The translations under genes and the position numbers were made by a program. Below the pieces are notes generated by a model. It worked only from the letters and a program-made list of their open reading frames with translations. It had not been told where the DNA came from and made no database searches. Shown piece after piece: positions 58,993-64,000 of a DNA stretch of 64,000 nucleotides (positions are counted from its first letter, which is position 1; the number at the start of each line of letters is the position of its first letter). Origin of the DNA: Macrostomum hystrix (Eukaryota; Animalia; Platyhelminthes); NCBI GenBank assembly GCA_950097015.1, contig CATNEN010000034.1:4340001-4404000 (forward strand), given 5' to 3'.

Positions 58993-61900
58993 CTAAAATC
59001 GATTCGCTTTGATGCCGCTGAGCAGTCGGGCAGCCGGGCCGACACCGCCGGTGGGTCCCGAACCCGACGCCGACGCTCCCGCCGAGCCAGGCGGCTCAGC
59101 GGATGAGTCGACAGCGGCGGCGACCTCTTCTAGGAAGGCGCGCGTATTCAATACGGATGTGCCGCCTAGTAGTACATTGACGACGGCATTGTTGCGATTG
59201 CAATTATGCACGGCCAGGGTTTCAACGTAGGTGACGCCGCCAACAACAAAGACTATTAGATCGGCTGGTCTTTGTTGGGCCGCCGTTGGCGGAGCCGACA
59301 CAAACGGGTAAGCGGCCTCTTTTAGCTTGGCTTTGCAGGCCTGATCAATCAGGTCGGCTAGAAGCGGCTGGTGCTGTGTGAAAATATTCTCCACGCCTTT
59401 AATGCCCTTGAATAGGCGCTTAGTCACGGATAGCGGCGTCTGGGTGCCGAATAGGTCATGTGTTCGAGCCTTCGAGCCACCGTACCTGAAATGCAGGGCT
59501 TATGAAATGGAAATGGGAACAGAGAGCGTGGAAATGGGAACAAAGGGCTCGGAAAGGGGATCAGAGAGGGTGGAAAGGGGATAAGAAAGGGCGGAAAGGG
59601 GAACAGAGAGGGCGGAAAGGGGAACAGAGAGGGTGGAAAAGGGATCAGAGAGGGTGGAAGGGGGAACAGGGGCGGAAAGGGGAACAGAGAGGGCGGAAAG
59701 GGGATCAGAGAGGGCGGAAAAGGGAACAGGGGCGGAAAGGGGAACAGAGAGGGCGGAAAAGGGAACAGGGTGTGGCGCCGTCGGTCTATCGCGGCCAGGC
59801 GCATGGATAGCCTGAGCGTGGGCGGGCGCGGGGCCGCCAATGTCCTTTAACTCTTCGCTAACTTATTAATATACAGGCCTAGGGCGTGGCACGTTGCCAC
59901 CGCTCAATAATATCGCACGTTGTACTTGTGTTTCGCGTTCTATATAAGTGATGTGACTGATGCACAAATATAATTATCTTGTTCGCTCTAAACTAACAAA
60001 CATATGAGTCTCTCTAAACGACACGACACAGGGGCGGAAAGGGGAACAGAGAGGGCGGAAAGGGGATCAGAGAGGGCGGAAAGGGGATCAGAGAGAGCGG
60101 AAAGGGGAACTAAAGAGAAGGCAATTAGGAACGCAGCGAAAGGGAACTAAAAAGCAGAAATCGAGTACAAAAGTACATTTAGGGGAGATAAGAACAGCAA
60201 GGGAGAGAGGAAGGGAATATAGGATCTCTACAAAAAACACCAGCTCATATATTTTGCAAAACCAATGTCGCACCTGAGCATAGCAGCAATGAGTCCGGTC
60301 TGCTGTTCGGTTAGTCCCCTCCGGTTCAAAGCGTCCCGCAGAGCGGGCAGCGCCGAAGCGGCCTGAGTCTCGTAGCGCAGGGCGAACAGCAGGGCCAGCC
60401 GGAGGGCGTCCAGCTCGGCGACCTTCGGCGAGGCGATGAGCTGCTGGACACGCTGAAGGTGGGCGTGGGCCTCGCCGCCCAGAGCTGCAAGCTCCTGCTC
60501 CAGCTCGGACACCTGCGGACAGGTGAGCAAGCGACCGGTGAAATTTAGGCACACTTCCTTTAGCATATAGGAAAAAATAATTAACAGATGGCACCGAGCG
60601 AACTTCTGACGAAAAGGTCGAGAGTTCGAATCTCAACCAATGGGAGACTCCGTGAGCAAGACACTTGATTCCCCAGTGCGAGGCCACATTCATTTGGGGC
60701 GCAGCCGCCGGGAGAAGGCTTGTCGTGCATTTTACGCCCTTGAGGGCCAACCTCCAAGGCAAGGTGAGAGTGTACACTGCCTGACGATGAGAAAGTCAGG
60801 GCAGATGTACACCTGTGTGAGCGTGTTCCTGCGTACAGTATCTGTGTGCGTATGTGCCCAGGACTACAGTTACCAAATGATGTGCCATCCTGCAATTATC
60901 ATTATTTATATTATTATTGAGGGAATAGCAATCTTAGAGGATAAAAATCACACTTTAAAGTAAAAGAATTGGAAAGAAACGAAAAACAGCATCAAACGCA
61001 GAGAAATCTCACCTCAAGCAGGTTACGGTCGCCAACCAGCTTAGAGATCTCGGACATAAGATTGACATGCTTTGTCACACTGCCCGATAATTTTTTGAAG
61101 GCTGGATAATTTTCAACAAAATTTTTCATATCGCCAATGCTTTCAATTTTGCCAGCCGTGGCCTGCTGTTTGCGTTGAAAGTCTTCCATAAGAAGCTTGA
61201 CAGCGGCGCCCAGATCTCCAAAGTTCACGTGCCAATGATCCCGATAAAAGTCGTCATATTGTACACTTAGATTGAGTTTAGTGTCGCCTAGTTCGACAAC
61301 ATTGTTACGAATGCCTAACAGTTCGTGTACCATGGCCTGGTAGGTCCATTGGTTTAAGAGAGGCGTGACGGGATCCTCGCGACGATCTAGTATCAGCAGG
61401 TGCGTGGTTCCGCGTTCCTGGAATTGGTTTCCAGGTATTTTAAATGAACTAATGAAAATGGAAATGAAACCTAATTCAGTTAGGCCAGATACACTGCCAG
61501 TTGCACAGCCGCAGCTATTGCGCGGCGCATCCAAAGGTTATGTACAGCTGTTCAGTCCGTGGACCTGATTAGTCCGTGGACCAACATACCTAATATTTTC
61601 GCCGCTAAGTTGAGACCTAATTAACAGCTGGGTAAACTGAAGCAATGAGAAATCAACTGTCTGTCTGATAAACACAAATTTTTGCGATGCTAAGATTTTC
61701 AATGCAGACCTTATTTGGAAAACTAGAAATGAAGTGTCTGATCACCTACTAACAGTCGCTAGTGTAGCTAGCTCGAGTCACTAGTCGATAGGATTAGCGC
61801 CTAGCTTAGCAGAGTAGTTAGCTCATACAGGCTATGGTGTTCTTATCTTAGTATCTTAGTATCGTTCAAAAGTTCAGTTAAGCTTTAAAGCATAAAGAGT

Positions 61901-62809
61901 ACCATAGCGCTTGTGCTTGGAAAAACGTTGGCCGGTTATTCCACGGTTTTTCCACCACTATATGGCACACCCGCGGAAATTTTGTCTGCGACTTTGTTCC
62001 AGCCAATAAGATAGCTCGGATGAGCCTCAGCCAATAGCAATCGCTGACAGGCTGGGAGGGGTCCAGAACGGCTATAAATATAGGACACATTCCCCGGCCG
62101 AAAGTAAATAGCTACCAGAAGTAGAGGAAAGACTTACACTAGACAAAAATTTATAAAGCGAATATTTTAAAATATGAATCCGCCCTTATCTCACCTGAAA
62201 GTTAAACAAGCCCTCTTTTTCTCGTTCAACCAGACCGGCAAGTTGTTCGGCTAGTCGACGGGCATTAGGAGACGAATTCTGATAGCGAATAAATGGCAGC
62301 CGCTTCAAGGACAGCAGCACTCCGGTTAGGCCCTCGGCGCAGCGCTGCAACGCGGCAGGCTGCCAGGCGAATCCGCGCACAGCTCGACGCTGATTGGCTG
62401 TGAATAGCAGCGGACTCAAAGCCAGATAATCGGCGAATACCTCTTGAACTTCGCGCACGACTTCTTGCTCGTCGTGCTCTGCTAGGCTCTTTAGATCTTG
62501 CCGACTAATAGCCTGACTAAAGAACAGGCAGTAGGAGCCGTACTTTGGATTGCGCAACTCGCCATGCAGCAGCTGCATATTGGCTTTAGTTGGTCGGATA
62601 AATACCACAGCTTTGAGGTGTTTCATTGGTTGCCGGGGACTCTCTAGTCTTTCTAATAGGAACACTTCATGCTTGCTAATTTCGGACATTGTGTAGGCAA
62701 CTGACAGTATCTCAATGGTCTCTTGGTCCATTAGTAGAATCTTCATGCCTTGGCCGCTAACCTGCAGCATAGTCTGGATATAATCTCGAATGGCTTTCAC
62801 AACATCCAT
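58993..62809 (-). CDS. VPS45: Sec1/Munc18 family vacuolar protein sorting 45, about 583 aa, 4 coding exons
   Basis: Exons 62809-62195, 61417-61013, 60512-60274, 59485-58993. Motifs MKILLMDQET, HLKAVVFIRPT, LRNPKYGSY, LLILDRREDPVTPLLNQWTYQAMVHELLGI, VTKHV, KGVENIFTQHQP, VFVVGGVTY. Confidence 0.95.
59500..59770. repeat. 21-bp purine-rich repeat GGAAAGGGGAACAGAGAGGGC in VPS45 intron 3 (second patch at 60030-60105)
   Basis: Two patches of the same unit. Confidence 0.88.
60590..60885 (+). mobile_element. Chimeric SINE: different tRNA-like head fused to family A body (VPS45 intron 2)
   Basis: The head GGTCGAGAGTTCGAATCTC...GAGCAAGACACTTGATTCC joins the family A body at GCGAGGCCACATTCATTTGGGGCGCAGCCG. 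Confidence 0.7.
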
Positions 62810-64000
62810 GATCAATGTGATGAATGAAGTGCTGGGACTTGAAGCTGAAATCATTAGCAAATCAAAGTAAAAACGTTAACATTTATCATGACAAAACCTC
62901 TTTTAATATTTTATATTTGATCCTTTTCTTTTGCCATAGACATTATTTAAGAATTTAACTGCATGCCATTGTTAGCAAAGAACTAAGTATATAAAACTTA
63001 TTCAGATAAGATCTTCATTCAATAATCATATTTTTGTTATAATAAAGAACAACTAATAAGTGCAAATGCAACATTATCACTGAACGGTTATGTCATTGAT
63101 GTGCAACATAAAACACAAAACTTTTGCAATGCAATTTTTTGTATAGTCATTGGTTTGCATGCTATAGCTGGTTTCACTAAAACTAAAATGTCTGTGGCAA
63201 AATAAATTGTGTAAAAATAGCTAATTTTCTAGTTGTTTTTTCACCTATATTCTTCAAGCCGACAAAGTAAACAACAAAGAATAGTATTTCTAGGAAAATT
63301 CTAGACAAATATGATTATATAATTGCAGCTGATGGAGACAGACAAAAAACAATACAAAGAAACAAATCAAATCAATACAAATTTGTCTAGCAAGAATCAA
63401 ACATTAGGTAAGGTGGCTTGCTTTGCTTATATGACACATTTACTTTATATAAGTAATTAGACTAGCAATTAAGTAGATCTTTAAAATCACAATCGGGAAA
63501 CAAAAAAGTAAAATAGCTACTTTTCTTAAAGATTGAGATATTGAGTTGCTCATCTGAATATCTGTACTATCTAAATTGAAAATAATATCTAGCAATAGGC
63601 CTTAGTGTATGAATAGGGACAATGCTCAAAAAACATGGCTGCCAAGCCCCTGAGTTATGAAATTATAGACATGGCTACTATGCTATTAAGCAAGTCACAA
63701 CAATTCTCTAATTTCACACAATAATATTTTACAAAAAATGATTATTTTCTTAGCTACTGCAAGTAATACTAAAACTTGCAAGAGTTCTGCATGGCTTGGC
63801 ACTGTCTATAGCCAACACCAAAGAGATAGAGATCATCTTCCAAACCATTTGGAACAATTACGAGGTCAAGGGATTATATTGTCAGCTAAAGCAGTCAAAA
63901 AAGTCAACATTGAATTTTATTTGATAAACAGTCCAAAGGAAAATTTTCAATTTGACAAATTTTCCATAAGATTATTTTCAATTTGATGAACATTCCCTTG

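Noticed and set aside
63738-63986. 82-aa ORF at the window end
   Set aside because: AT-rich, with no recognisable motif or splice support.

Overview
Eukaryotic (metazoan) genomic DNA, not prokaryotic. GC-rich spliced exons are separated by introns and intergenic DNA, and roughly 45-50% of the window (manual tally) is tandem repeat. This architecture suggests a free-living flatworm of the Macrostomum type; that is an inference, not confirmed. Nine intron-containing genes could be assembled by hand with GT-AG junctions and consistent phases: a protein with five cNMP-binding-like domains (-), a divergent Wnt (-), a soluble subtilisin/kexin proprotein convertase (+), a C-type lectin plus PAN/apple-like protein (-), two tandem globins (-), CHEK2 (-), MRM2/FtsJ2 (-) and VPS45 (-). 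There are about six copies of one tRNA-derived SINE family, a second SINE, a minimal hammerhead ribozyme of Penelope type and over 30 mini/microsatellite arrays. Most long ORFs in the supplied track are repeat artefacts. The most notable observations: (1) minisatellites built from their host gene's own splice junctions; (2) an MRM2 ORF with no in-frame ATG, in a VPS45-MRM2-CHEK2 operon-like array, possibly started by a spliced-leader AUG; (3) a Wnt lacking the WCC index-finger tip and carrying furin-type sites next to a convertase gene; (4) a 24-nt micro-exon next to the convertase catalytic His; (5) a polar identity gradient between the two globins.
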